Source: Carpediemonas membranifera BICM (lineage: Eukaryota > Protista > Fornicata). From it: 64,000 nucleotides of DNA. The translations under genes were made by a program, and so were the position numbers. The DNA lies in assembly GCA_019828565.1 (NCBI GenBank), contig JAHDYR010000004.1, positions 406,619 through 470,618 on the forward strand. Reading direction: 5' to 3'. This document shows positions 48,795 through 60,100 of the stretch, in pieces. The notes below the pieces were generated by a model. That model made no database searches. It worked only from the letters and a program-made list of their open reading frames with translations, and was not told the DNA's origin. Positions within the stretch are counted from its first letter, which is position 1. Each line of letters starts with the position of its first letter.

Positions 48795-49934
48795 TTACAC
48801 ATTCGATGATTGGCTGCGGGACGAGAAGAGGTCGGCGGGGTTGGCGGGCTGGCCGTACCCAGGAGTGCCCGTCGAGCCCATGAAGAACATCCCGAACTGG
48901 CCGTTGAACCCGGGCGGGGGGATGTCCATGCTCATCGGCCCGCTCACGAAGGGGGAGACGGGGGCGGTCTGGGGGTGTAGGGACTGGAACAGCTGGGGCT
49001 GGGGGGACTGGGGGAGCGAGTGCCCGAACGATGTGAACGACAGCGCGGCGGGAGGCGGCAGGATGTGCTCGTTGGGGCTGGGTACGTTCTCGGGGATCTT
49101 GTCGGCGCGCCGGGAGACCTCCGAGTAGGCGCCGACAATCGTCTCGGGCGTCACGGTGGGGGTGTGCTGCTCCGTCATCCGGAACGTCTTCCGGATTTCC
49201 TTCTGCTGTCTGGTGTCCGCGAACCGCACCGTGACCGGCTGGCTGCAGTTGGGCGGCGTGCTCTGGTGGAGAGTGTCGACGGCCCGGGCGGCGGCCTCGC
49301 GCGTCTTAAACATGACGAATCCGGTGCCTCGGGAGCGACCACCGCGGCGCATGATGGCAGTCGACTCGAGAGGACCGAACGAGGATGCCAGTTCGGCAAG
49401 CGCGGCCTCGTCCCAAATCAGGGGGAGCGAGGCAAAGTAGACGTTGCGGTTCTCAGGGTCGTTGGCCTCAGCGAGCGCCTCAGAAAGGTGCTTCTCCTCG
49501 GCGTACCCCGTGTTGAGGTGGTAGTAGTCTCTGAGGACGATACGGGCCCTCAGGGACTGGTCCACGGTATCAAACACGAGGAACATGTAGTCCGGGGGTT
49601 CGCGGGCAAACGTGTTGACGCTAAGTAAGGAGGGGGTGCTGCGAACGAACGTTGGGCGGCAAACACGGGCCACGCGGTCAGCAAAGTAGTTGCAAATCGT
49701 GATCACATCGTTTTCGGTAAAACGGGCACGAAAACTGCCAATCCAAACCTTGCGAGTAACATTAGATTCTGAAGGAAGAGTGTAGTTGTCAGCAAAACCA
49801 TCTGAAAGATCGCCATGCCGAGGATACTTGCGGTAGAGCGTTCTCCCCCCCTGAGGCTGATAATAGCGAGGAAAAGAGTTCATAGATGATGTATGATACT
49901 GCATAGAGCCATTAGTATCAATGTTGAGGCTCAT
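48795..49934 (-). CDS. RRM-domain RNA-binding protein (two RRMs, Pro/Gln/Ser-rich tail)
   Basis: RNP2 NVYFASLP, RNP1 RGTGFVMF, PVTVRFAD; divergent first RRM (KVWIGSF, YMFLVF). Confidence 0.88.
   Translation of the reverse strand: MSLNIDTNGSMQYHTSSMNSFPRYYQPQGGRTLYRKYPRHGDLSDGFADNYTLPSESNVTRKVWIGSFRARFTENDVITICNYFADRVARVCRPTFVRSTPSLLSVNTFAREPPDYMFLVFDTVDQSLRARIVLRDYYHLNTGYAEEKHLSEALAEANDPENRNVYFASLPLIWDEAALAELASSFGPLESTAIMRRGGRSRGTGFVMFKTREAAARAVDTLHQSTPPNCSQPVTVRFADTRQQKEIRKTFRMTEQHTPTVTPETIVGAYSEVSRRADKIPENVPSPNEHILPPPAALSFTSFGHSLPQSPQPQLFQSLHPQTAPVSPFVSGPMSMDIPPPGFNGQFGMFFMGSTGTPGYGQPANPADLFSSRSQSSNV
49621..49650 (-). other. Probable in-frame 30-nt intron (RRM gene)
   Basis: GTTCGT...CTTACTTAG fits the local consensus and length; it is stop-free, so the ORF track does not reveal it. 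Confidence 0.65.
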
Positions 49935-50407
49935 ATCGATTCCTACGCGTCCAAGAATCGAACAATGTTACCTCTTGCTTGCGAGGTCCTCGAGTCGATC
50001 GAGTCATGTTTGCGGTTCGGCAGAACATCAGGTTCGCTCCGTGGTGGGTGAGGCCGACTGGCTGCCAGCAGCCTCGCTTGCAGGGGCAGGAAGCAGCGGC
50101 ATGAGTGACATTCTTCAATGGCAGGGTATGATCATGGAGGTCGTCCGCAAAAATTCTTGATTCGCACAGAAGATCAAGGTGCAGAAGCGCTAGATAGGTG
50201 ACGACAACTGCAATACAGCCGGGTTTTCATCCCGCGGACCTTACTGACCATGTCAATTGAGAGCGAATCGTGCGAATCGGGAGGAAATGATGCAATCTAT
50301 TTTGACAAAAATGAAGGTGGGCTGAGCTGCATCGTACTGACCCCCCGCGTTGACGTGCGCCCGGGCTGGGTCTATTGGGCGGGCAAAACTGCGCCGACTC
50401 GCGCGCA

Positions 50408-50847
50408 ATGTCTGCTCCCGAAGAGACGAAGCCTGACGTAAAGGAGGAGGCCAAGGATAGCCCCAGCGATGTGGAGAGAATGGTCAAGAGTCATACTTCG
50501 CAAGTCTTAAAGCCTATGCTTCGCAAGTGGCGGAAGCAACTTAAGCGTGTTGATCTCCGCTCGCTATACTACGGTCGCATCATCACAGCCGTCTACCACG
50601 ACGACATGACAGCCTTTTCTCACTGGCTGGAGACTTCGTTCGTCTTTTGCCCCGGGCCTCACACAGCTACATCAAGAACAACTCCCAAATCGACAACGTC
50701 GGCGACACCCGCGCCCGCATCGAGAGCCTGTACGATCGACCCGCGAAGACTGGTCGTAGGCAGCGGGAGCGTGCGGTGCGGGCCCGCGTGGCGATCCAGG
50801 ATGAGATAGCGTCCGAGGCCAGCGAGTTCGGGGAGTACGAGAGCTGA
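50408..50847 (+). CDS. Small hypothetical protein; exons 50408-50637 and 50667-50847
   Basis: MSAPEETK...HWLETS|YIKNNSQ...FGEYES*; the two ORF frames are joined by a consensus intron. Confidence 0.7.
50638..50666 (+). other. 29-nt intron (hypothetical gene)
   Basis: GTTCGT...CTCACACAG. Confidence 0.8.
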
Positions 50848-51162
50848 GGTGCCGCACGGCACGATGTCTACAGCCTGCCGTGTAGTGGTAGGGTATAAAC
50901 TCCGGTACGACTGGGATGAGCTGAGCGGCAGGCCGTGGTCGGCATCGGTCCGCCTGGCCAATGCGTGGCAAAGTGCTGTTGCAGTCAGACTGCGCCTCGC
51001 GCTGCATTGTCAGGTCGGATTGACTCAATGCTCCTAAAATCTGGCCAGAAGTTCACAACAGATGGAAGTGCCATCTATATTTCTGTCCGATCCTGAACTT
51101 CGAAAGGAGTATGAGAGTGCGATTCAGACGTTAGTACACCGCTCAGCTGATATTTATCCAGA

Positions 51163-51858
51163 ATGTCGCGCCTGATGTCCGATAAGGCCTCAGATGACGA
51201 TAACCTCGCTCAGTCGCACGCCATAGTCGATAAGTTCCTCACTTCCACATACAGCAACCACAACCCCGAGTCTAGGTTGATCGAGGCCCGCACCAGCCTC
51301 ATCAGCACGGCAGTGCACCCACCGGCCCCGAAGGCCCAGCCCCTCCTGCCCCGGTACGTGCCCCAGAACGAGGCCATCCAGGAGCTCGCGGCGTCCCTAT
51401 CGGCGTCGTCGAACCGGGTCAGTGCGTTGAAGTCAACCTGGTCCCGAACGGAGCCGGGCCAGAGCCGGGCCTTCCCCCAGGCGACGTTCGACAAGGCATG
51501 CAGCACGGATGACCTCACCAAGGTTGTCAGTCGAGGGACAAACACCGCTGCCGGGGGGACGACGTCGAGAGCCATCCAATTCACGGGACACAAGCACCTG
51601 ACGGATACGAGACCCCTAACCGGCCACAGCCGACCCGAGCGGAGCATATCGGCGTCGAGGTCGAAGGAGGCTGCGAGCAACACCCCGCTCGACACGGTCA
51701 GCAGCTTCCGTGAGGCATATAGTGCGCGGCGAGCCAGCCTCGACATGACCAAGTCCCAGCGCCCCCACTCGGTCGGGCTGAGCGCGTCCTCCATGGATGC
51801 CCGGGCAAACCTGCACCGGCTGAACGCCCTGACCTCGACACTGAGCACGTATGGCTGA
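51163..51858 (+). CDS. Hypothetical Ser/Thr/Arg-rich protein (231 aa)
   Basis: ATG ORF, low complexity, no motif recognised. Confidence 0.6.
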   Translation: MSRLMSDKASDDDNLAQSHAIVDKFLTSTYSNHNPESRLIEARTSLISTAVHPPAPKAQPLLPRYVPQNEAIQELAASLSASSNRVSALKSTWSRTEPGQSRAFPQATFDKACSTDDLTKVVSRGTNTAAGGTTSRAIQFTGHKHLTDTRPLTGHSRPERSISASRSKEAASNTPLDTVSSFREAYSARRASLDMTKSQRPHSVGLSASSMDARANLHRLNALTSTLSTYG

Positions 51859-52021
51859 GTTGGGGGTCTGGTCGATGACAAAGCTGGTGTAGTAAAGATC
51901 GTGTCTGCGTCGTTTATTCTGCGGGTAGTACATGTATGTGACCTCTGTTTTCCTGGAATGGGTGTGACCCCAAATTAGGGCCCTCGGTTCTGGACGACCC
52001 AAGAATATTGACTCTCAGCGC

Positions 52022-55000
52022 ATGCCAGAAGAAGACGGCAGAGGTGTAGGTGTGCGCGCCGACAGTGCAGGCGCAGTCGTGCGGCCATCCTCCAGTCTTG
52101 CTCGTCAATCATCGTTTGTCCCAAAATTTCAGAAGAGTCAGGGGAACATGGTCAATCTCAGCGCGGGGCATTTCATGCCGCTCGCTTCTTCCAAAATCAC
52201 CCGCGTAGCTCTAGGCGTGCTGTTTGCACTGATAGCGCTCCTGTTCCTCGCCAGGGACATCAGCACCTTCACCAGCGGCTCCCCTGACGTTGAAGGAAAG
52301 ATCAACGAGTTCTGCTCTGATGCAGCGAACTATGCCGAATGCAACCATGATTTCCGCTTCGACAAGATCCTCTGGTTCATCACCGACGGACACCCCCGCA
52401 ACTTCGCCAACGAATCGTTCGACGAGGTATACAACACCCACTCCAACCGGCTCTGCACCTACATCCCGGGCCTGAAGTACTCCCACACCGTCTACAGCGG
52501 CTGGCTCGTCGGCCGTTACCCTTACAACATCGGGGCCGAAACTGTCTCGATGGACACCATCACTGCCGCCCTGGCCCGCGGCGGCCACAAGATACGCTAT
52601 CACGGCCCCGAGTGGTCTTTCGCCCTGTTGAACGGCCGGGAGAACTACGGCGCGCTGTTCGAGCAGACGGACTTCTACCCCGAGATCCACACGGTGCCCT
52701 ACACCCGGCCGTACCCGGGCATCTTCGGGATCACTGACAACACAGTGGAGCAGCGCAAGCAGCTGCTGTACGCCTACCTGGACGACGTCAACGGCCACAA
52801 TCAGTCTCTGATCGCCCACAGCGCCGTGTTCGACCACGAGATGCACACCTACCCCCGCTGGGACAGCCGCACCATCCACATGGGCAAGCTCTCGATGGAC
52901 GACCACAACCTGCTGAAGGCCTGGGTCGACGAGCACCCCGAGTACCTCCTCGTCATCTCCTCGGACCACGGCGTCGACGAGGGACCCGGCGGGACCATCA
53001 TCCACGGCATCACAAAGGACGGCAACAGCGGCTACTTCATCTTCTACAACCCCCGCCTGCCCACCGTCCAGGAGGCCTGGTTTGACGTGTCCGACGTCGC
53101 TGCCACGGTCGCATCCTTCATGGCCAACACCAGCATCCCAGAAGCATCCATCGGCGTCCCCGGCCAGAACTTCGGCAAGACCCCCGAGGGTATCATGGCG
53201 CAGTTTAAGACCTACCGTCTGGCGGCCCGGCAGATGATGGACCACGCCAAGGTCCGCGGGGTCAGGCTCGGCAAGTCCGTCCGCACGCCTCTGCAGGCCA
53301 TCATCGATGCCTCCATCCCTGATGTCGTGGTGGACGCCGACGCCCTCCCGGTCGACATGGACGCCGTCTACAACGGCCTCGTCGGGGCCAGGTCGGCGCT
53401 GTCGGCCGTGTCGCCCTTCCCCTACGCCGACATCGTCTGGCTGTGCGTCGTCCTGGCCGCGTACGGCTTCTTCATCTTCGCCAACCGCCCCGCCCACCTC
53501 GGGCTGTGGGCCCTGGTCCCCGTCGCCGCCCTCGTCATGGTCATCCTCGTGCCCATGCTGCCCGCCGCCCAGGTCGTGTCGGGCGACTCGCTCCCTGTTG
53601 TCCTCTCGGTCGAGCCCCTCGTCGCCCTGTGCGCCGTCTTCCTCCTCGTCGCACGGCCCAGCGACGTCCCCGCGGACAAGCCCGTCCGGGTCATCCGGCT
53701 TCTCGTCCTCTCTGTCATGCTGACGTTCGTCCTTAACCTGCTCGTGCCGTCCCTCGGCATCAACAACGGCGGGAACGACGCCCTCGACGCCATGCTCGAC
53801 CTGTTCCCGGTCCGCCTGCTCGTGTCGGTGGCCTTCCTCTGCTGGGCGTCTGCCACCTTCATCCACACCTTCTTCGTCGTGAAGGACGGTGGCGCCATGC
53901 GCCCATCCAACCCCGTGGCCCGCGCCCTGCTGGCCGCACCCCTCGCCCACACCCCGCTGGGCCGGTACAACTACATCCCCGGCCTCGGCCTCCTCGTCGA
54001 CATGCCCGTCGCCGTCATGGTCCAGATCGCTGTCACCGCGGCCGGGGCGCTCATCTCGTCCGTGTACGCAGCCACCAGGGAGATAGACGCCCAGTACGTC
54101 GGCACGTGGGGCGTCAGCGTCATAGCCCTCGGGGCCTACCTCGCCGTCGTCGCCCTCGTCGCCGTCTCCTGCGCCCTCCGTCCCCGCCCCCACGACCTGG
54201 TCGTCCCCGCGGCCCTGCTCGTCTTCCTGCTCTCGATCCACTCCCCCGCCAAGCACGTCCTGCTGCTCCTCGTCCTCGTCAGATGGCAGCTCGTAGTCCC
54301 TGAGGTTCTCCGCGACACGAAGCAGCTCAGCGCCTCCCACACCGCTTTCACCACCCCGTTCGTGCTTCTCGTGGCGTGGGCGCTGCTGCTGGCGTTCTTT
54401 GACTTCGCCGTGACCCTCGTCAACGTCCCCGTCGGCGAGAAGCTGTCGCTCTCCTTCTACCCACCGTCGGGTCGCATCGGACTCCGCACCGACAACGCCC
54501 TGCCGACGCTCTCCGTGGCCCTCATGGTGCTGCACAAGTTCGGCATCCTCATCGTGACGACCGTGCTCATGTTCACGGGCGCCCAGACCCGCTTCCCGAC
54601 GTCCCTCCTCTGCACGAAGCTCGACGGCCCGACTACGATGACCCCCGACACCCTCGAGCCGACCCACGTCGACGCCGTCCTCGCCACCCTGCGACACCCC
54701 GGGTTCGTGACGCTGTTCGTGCCTTTCGTGATGTTCACGTCGTTCCACACGGCGCTGCGGCTGATGTACCACTACTGGGACCGCGACTCCGACTACGAGG
54801 AGCTCTTCACCTTTGCCGCCCTCATGGGCATGATCGTTGTCGGCATGGCCGTCGGCATCATCGGGACCGACCTCATCGTCGTCTCGCCCTCCGACATCAT
54901 CCGTTTCATCCGGGAGATGCGGGCTGGCCCCAAGCCCACGCCGCCCCGGGTGACGCTCGAGTGCCGCAAGGACAGCGATGACGAGGCAGGACCGCATGGC

Positions 55001-55075
55001 GAGGTCGACGTGGAGCAGCTCGACGACATCAGCCTCGACCTGGATGAGCTTGAGCACGAGCTCAGCATCGAGTAG
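52022..55075 (+). CDS. Alkaline-phosphatase-superfamily membrane protein, GPI ethanolamine-phosphate-transferase-like (PIG-O/G/N architecture)
   Basis: N-terminal TM; lumenal domain with ILWFITDG, VFDHEMH, LLVISSDHG and IHG metal-ligand motifs; then more than 10 TM helices. Confidence 0.72.
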   Translation: MPEEDGRGVGVRADSAGAVVRPSSSLARQSSFVPKFQKSQGNMVNLSAGHFMPLASSKITRVALGVLFALIALLFLARDISTFTSGSPDVEGKINEFCSDAANYAECNHDFRFDKILWFITDGHPRNFANESFDEVYNTHSNRLCTYIPGLKYSHTVYSGWLVGRYPYNIGAETVSMDTITAALARGGHKIRYHGPEWSFALLNGRENYGALFEQTDFYPEIHTVPYTRPYPGIFGITDNTVEQRKQLLYAYLDDVNGHNQSLIAHSAVFDHEMHTYPRWDSRTIHMGKLSMDDHNLLKAWVDEHPEYLLVISSDHGVDEGPGGTIIHGITKDGNSGYFIFYNPRLPTVQEAWFDVSDVAATVASFMANTSIPEASIGVPGQNFGKTPEGIMAQFKTYRLAARQMMDHAKVRGVRLGKSVRTPLQAIIDASIPDVVVDADALPVDMDAVYNGLVGARSALSAVSPFPYADIVWLCVVLAAYGFFIFANRPAHLGLWALVPVAALVMVILVPMLPAAQVVSGDSLPVVLSVEPLVALCAVFLLVARPSDVPADKPVRVIRLLVLSVMLTFVLNLLVPSLGINNGGNDALDAMLDLFPVRLLVSVAFLCWASATFIHTFFVVKDGGAMRPSNPVARALLAAPLAHTPLGRYNYIPGLGLLVDMPVAVMVQIAVTAAGALISSVYAATREIDAQYVGTWGVSVIALGAYLAVVALVAVSCALRPRPHDLVVPAALLVFLLSIHSPAKHVLLLLVLVRWQLVVPEVLRDTKQLSASHTAFTTPFVLLVAWALLLAFFDFAVTLVNVPVGEKLSLSFYPPSGRIGLRTDNALPTLSVALMVLHKFGILIVTTVLMFTGAQTRFPTSLLCTKLDGPTTMTPDTLEPTHVDAVLATLRHPGFVTLFVPFVMFTSFHTALRLMYHYWDRDSDYEELFTFAALMGMIVVGMAVGIIGTDLIVVSPSDIIRFIREMRAGPKPTPPRVTLECRKDSDDEAGPHGEVDVEQLDDISLDLDELEHELSIE

Positions 55076-55126
55076 GTTTTGTTTCTTAAAAACTCTTTTC
55101 CACGCCGTTAACTATCCGCATTTTAC

Positions 55127-56953
55127 TCACATAAAGAGGTGCACGCCCTTGGCAGTGCTGACATACGCCCATGGCTGCCGGGGGTGCCAGGCCACACGCT
55201 GTGGCTGCTCGCCCAGCTTCAGCCGGGCGACAGGTACGATCCGAACCTTCTCGATCGGGTCGACGCGCGCATGGAAGATGCGGCAGCCGATGTTGTCGCC
55301 CGTCACCGCGAAGAGCGGCAGGCGGGGGTGTACGGCGATGCTGGTGATCGTGTAGACGGCGTCCTTGTCGCGCTTGCCGAGCTTCAGCGTGTGCACCGCC
55401 TTGACGTCGAGCTCCGTGTCGAACCACAGCACCGAGCCCGACGCTGTCCCGGCCACGATGTGAAGTCCCGACGGGTGCACCGCAGCACAGGTCAGCTGGG
55501 CCCCGCCGACCTCGAGGGTCTGGCCGGGCTTGACCCCCTCGCCCTGAGAAATCGGCTTGATGTCGATCGAGTGCTCGTTGACGATGATCACACCAGGCCG
55601 GCGGGGGTGGAAGAACGACGCGACTAACTTGCCCGACTTCCGGACGCGCAGAGTAAGGTTCCCGCCCGAGACCATGTGGTGGAAGCGGGCGCCCGACGAC
55701 GCTGTGATGGGCAGGGTTGTTGCCATGTACTGGCCTGTCCGGCTGAACGACACGTGGCTGATGGCCGTCTCGGAGGCGGCACCCGTCACGTGCGTCTTCG
55801 CCTCGGGCAATGTCTCGTCGCCGAAGCTAGGCTGGGCGAAGAGCACGTCGGACCCGGACGCCACGGCCAGCACCGACCTGCGGCCCATCCAGGCGACTGA
55901 CCGGGCCCTGTGCTCGAGCTCGGGCAGGGTGAGGGCGACGGGGAAGCCGAACTCGGAGTCCACCACGGCAACGGCGTGCCCACCGCAGCAGGCGACGTAC
56001 CGGCCGCAGCGGGACACCTGGAGGTCCGCGAACTTCGTCACCGGCACGTCGAACGTGGCGACGAGCTTGGACGGGAATGGTCTGAGGTCCGCAGTCGACG
56101 GGAGGGCGGGCAGGATCGACGTCGGGTCGTTGGTGACAGTGCGCTGCCGGGTGACGCGCGTGGCGAGGTAGAGGTCCTTGCAGCGCTGGAACTGCTCCTG
56201 GGTGGCCCGCAGGTAGGCGGGGATGGCGCGCATGAGGCCGAATCTCTGCGGCAGGACGCCCCGGGTGCTGGGGTCCTCCTCCTCCCACTCGGCCCGTTCC
56301 TCCGCGGTCGGCAGGTACTCCTCGGGCGGGTTGAAGCTCTCGTCGGACCGGGGCAGGTCCTGGGGCGGGGGCGGGATGGTCCTGCCGTGCCCTTCGCCCA
56401 TGTCGGCGTCCCACACGTCGTAGCGCGCCATGAGCGGGTCCTCCTCGGCCTGCCGCTTCCTCTCGGCCATCGGCAGCAGGTAGCCCTTCCGAAGTGCCCG
56501 GACGAGCTTCATGACCTGCTTGGCCTGGTTCTTGGAGGGCGTGAACTGCGCCTTCCTGAGGGGGGCGCCGACCAGGGGCATCTGCCGCTGCAGGACGTCG
56601 CGTGGGTCGCCCATATCGATGGAGCTGGGGAACTCATCCGTCGCCGTGGATGAGAGGTACTTGCCCTTCAGCATGCGGTTGATCTTTGTCCGCTCCTCCT
56701 TGGTGAGGACGTGCGTGCGATCGTTGTACGGATCATACACCATCTTATTGTAGTTAGGGTCCTCCCGCTTCAGGAAATCCTCTAGAGCCGTGCTGTGCTT
56801 GCGAATGATCTTCTTTCCAGTAAGATCATAACCAATGTGGTCAAACTCAGCCTGTTCGTACCACTCGATCGGAATATTTCCGATAGTGTTGATCTCATTG
56901 GGATCAAAGTCTGAATCGGACTCGTACAGGTCCTTGGAAGCCTTCTCACTCAT
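55127..56953 (-). CDS. BOP1: Ribosome biogenesis protein BOP1/Erb1 (alternative ATG at 57031)
   Basis: NTIGNIPIEWY..HIGYDLTGKKI, FTPSK, ESFNPPEEYLP, FQRCKDLYL, LPSTADLRPFP, C-terminal WD40s ending WHPRQPW. Confidence 0.95.
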   Translation of the reverse strand: MSEKASKDLYESDSDFDPNEINTIGNIPIEWYEQAEFDHIGYDLTGKKIIRKHSTALEDFLKREDPNYNKMVYDPYNDRTHVLTKEERTKINRMLKGKYLSSTATDEFPSSIDMGDPRDVLQRQMPLVGAPLRKAQFTPSKNQAKQVMKLVRALRKGYLLPMAERKRQAEEDPLMARYDVWDADMGEGHGRTIPPPPQDLPRSDESFNPPEEYLPTAEERAEWEEEDPSTRGVLPQRFGLMRAIPAYLRATQEQFQRCKDLYLATRVTRQRTVTNDPTSILPALPSTADLRPFPSKLVATFDVPVTKFADLQVSRCGRYVACCGGHAVAVVDSEFGFPVALTLPELEHRARSVAWMGRRSVLAVASGSDVLFAQPSFGDETLPEAKTHVTGAASETAISHVSFSRTGQYMATTLPITASSGARFHHMVSGGNLTLRVRKSGKLVASFFHPRRPGVIIVNEHSIDIKPISQGEGVKPGQTLEVGGAQLTCAAVHPSGLHIVAGTASGSVLWFDTELDVKAVHTLKLGKRDKDAVYTITSIAVHPRLPLFAVTGDNIGCRIFHARVDPIEKVRIVPVARLKLGEQPQRVAWHPRQPWAYVSTAKGVHLFM

Positions 56954-57130
56954 GAACAGCCCCGATGAACGTCCGTCGCAAGAAAAACGTGCAAGAAAAA
57001 ATGACGACCTTCCGAAGCCACCCAGAGCCATATGGGTCCGAGGATGGCATAGATGCCGTCTGGGAATGTCGCGGGGGTCTTAATGGCGAGAAATGAGCTT
57101 TACAATTTTTTTGCGCACAGAACGACACGA

Positions 57131-60100
57131 ATGAGCGGCAGGAGAGGAGAAGAGGCGACCCGTTGCCATTCATTCCCGAAGAAGATGTTAGTTCCGCCCG
57201 TTTGACTTTACTCAGCGACGGCATTCAGTTCTCGACTTTCTCGGACGCAGAGATCGCGAAGGTCTCTGAAGTGGAGGTCTGCAATGGCTCCGTTCGCCAG
57301 CAGTCCTCAGAAATAGTTCCATATGGTCCACTGGATCTTCGCCTCGGTCTCAGTGAGAAGCAGGGCGTTTGCCAGACGTGTGGGAAAGCGCTCCTCGAGT
57401 GCGAGGGTCACTACGGCTTCGTCAAGTTCCCCCTGCCTGTGATACACCCTGGGTACCTCGGTACTGTCATCAACAACCTCAACATGGTCTGCCATCAGTG
57501 CTCGTCCGTGCTCCTGACTGGAGAGCAGCAGAAGAAGTTCCGCCACCTCCTCGACACCGCCCCCGGCGCCACAGAGGTCAAGAAGATCCGCGAGACCATG
57601 CTCGCCGACTGCAAGAAGTGCAAGAAGTGCCCGCACTGCACCGGCGACTCGGGCCTGACCCAGAAGGTCGGGGCGTTCAAGGTCGTCCACGACCAGGCGC
57701 GGCTGTACACAAACGCGGGCAAGACGTCGTTGTCGAACCCCGTCCGCATCGAGTACCAGCAGGTGGCCAAGGTGAATCTCGCGATACAGCAGAACCTGCA
57801 CCGCGTGATGGGACCCGACCTGACCCCCATCGACATCCGCCGCATCTTCTCCAACATCACCGACGAGCACGTCCGCTTCCTGTGCATGGACCCTAAGATC
57901 TCCAGGCCCGAGGACCACATTGTCCAGACAGTCGCGGTGCCCCCCAGCTGCATCCGGCCGTCCGTGAACTCGTCATTCCAGGGCAGCAACGAGGACGACA
58001 TCACCATGAAGCTCGCGGACATTGTCAAGGCGGCACACGCCCTGGAGAGCGACATCGAGACGGGTGCGGACTCGACGCAGGTGATGACGAAGTGGGAGGC
58101 GCTGCAGATCCACCTCGCCATCATGATCTCGGGCGAGGTCCCCAAGAACGTCGCCATCGACGCCAACACCAACTACCAATCCATCCGCGGCCTCGAGACG
58201 CGGCTCAAGGGCAAGCAGGGTCGATACAGGGGCAACCTACTGGGGAAACGCGTCGACTTCTCGGGCCGCACGGTCATCGGGCCCGACCCGAACCTCGGGA
58301 TCCACGAGGTCGGCGTGCCCCGGCTCATGGCGATGCGAATGACGTTCCCCGAGCCGGTCAACGCCCGTAACATCCAGATGCTCCGCAGCATGGTCAACAA
58401 CGGCCCCGAGGTGTGGCCGGGCGCCAACTACATCATCAAACAGGGTCGCGGCAACAGGCCCAGCGTCAAGCAGATCGTGCTGCCTTTCAACCGAGAGCAG
58501 CTCGCGAGGAAGCTCGAAGTCGGTGACGTTGTCGAGCGGCACATGATCAACGGCGACGCGTGCCTCTTCAACCGCCAGCCGTCGCTGCATCGGGTGTCTA
58601 TTATGTGTCACCAGGCCCACATCCTTGAAGGACGCACGCTGCGGTTCAATGTCGCGTGTTGTGGGCCGTACAACGCCGATTTCGACGGCGATGAGATGAA
58701 CCTGCATCTTCCACAGACGCTTGAGGCCCGGGAAGAGGCGCTGCACCTCATGGGGCTGCGGAACAACATGATTGTGCCACGTGCGGGCATGCTTCTCGTG
58801 CACGCGACCCAGGACATCCTCAGCGGGGCCCACATCCTGACGCTCAAGGACACTTTCATCACCAGAGGCCAGGCGATGAACCTGCTGACGGCCGCGGTCA
58901 ACGGTGATGAGCAGATCATCATGCCCGCCCCGGCTGTGGTCTTCCCGCGGCAGCTGTGGACGGGCAAGCAGCTCGTGTCGACACTGCTCAAGGTCAAGCT
59001 CTACCGCACCAAGCGACACGCGGGCAAGGTCGGCGAGGTGTCGCGGCTGTCGCTGGAGGCGAAGGAGAAGAAGTACTCAGGCAGCGGCAAGTGGATGTGT
59101 CTGCAGGACGGATACGTGGTCGTCCGTGACTCGGACCTGCTGGCGGGGTCCCTCGGCAAGGGCGTGCTGGGCGGATCGAAGGACAGCATCTTCTACAACC
59201 TCATCCGGACTTACGGGCCCGAGACGGCCGCGATCCTCATGCTGCAGGTGACCAAGATCAGTCTCAACTTCCTCATGACATACGGCTTCAGCATCGGCAT
59301 CGGCGACGTCACTCCCAGTGCTGAACTGGATGGCCGCAAGGAGCGCATCATCAACGCCAAATACGCCGAAGTCGAGGCGCTCATCGAGCTGTACGAGTCG
59401 GGCGAACTGCCACAGGACCCGGGGTGCACGCCCCTACAGACGCTCGAGGCGAAGATCAACGGGCATCTGTCCACGATCCGTGAGGAAGTCGGGTCTGCCT
59501 GCATCCAGTCGATGCACCGCACTAACACGCCGCTCATCATGGCGTTGTGCGGGTCCAAGGGGTCAAACATCAACCTCGCTCAGATGGCCGCCACCGTCGG
59601 CCAGCAGACTGTCAGCGGTCAGCGCACACCGGACGGGTTCGTCGACCGGTCCCTGCCCCACTTCGCGGTCGGGTCGAAGCACCCCGCGGCCCGTGGTTTC
59701 GTGGCGGACTCCTTCTACAGCGGGTTGACACCCTCGGAGTTCATCTTCCACGCCATGGCCGGCCGTGAGGGCCTCGTCGACACAGCCGTCAAGACCGCCG
59801 AGACGGGCTACATGCAGCGTCGTCTGGTGAAGGGCCTCGAGGACCTGCACATTGAGTACGACGGCACCGTCCGCAACAGCGAGAACGTCGTCGTCCAGTT
59901 CGAGTTCGGTGGCGACTCGCTCGACCCGATGCACATGGAGACGTCGGGGCCCTGCAACTTCCCCCGCCTCATCGACCACATCCGGGGCACCGTGCCCAAC
60001 GTCGGCCAGCCCTTGCTCGCATTGACAACCCTCACCGACTACAGCGGGCACGAGGTCACCGAGACCACCGCGCAGGCAGAGACCAGCGTCGCCATGCTCT

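Noticed and set aside
51885-51900. GTGTAGTA resembling the U2 snRNA branch-pairing sequence
   Set aside because: Flanking U2 stem I/IIa and an Sm site are not recognisable.
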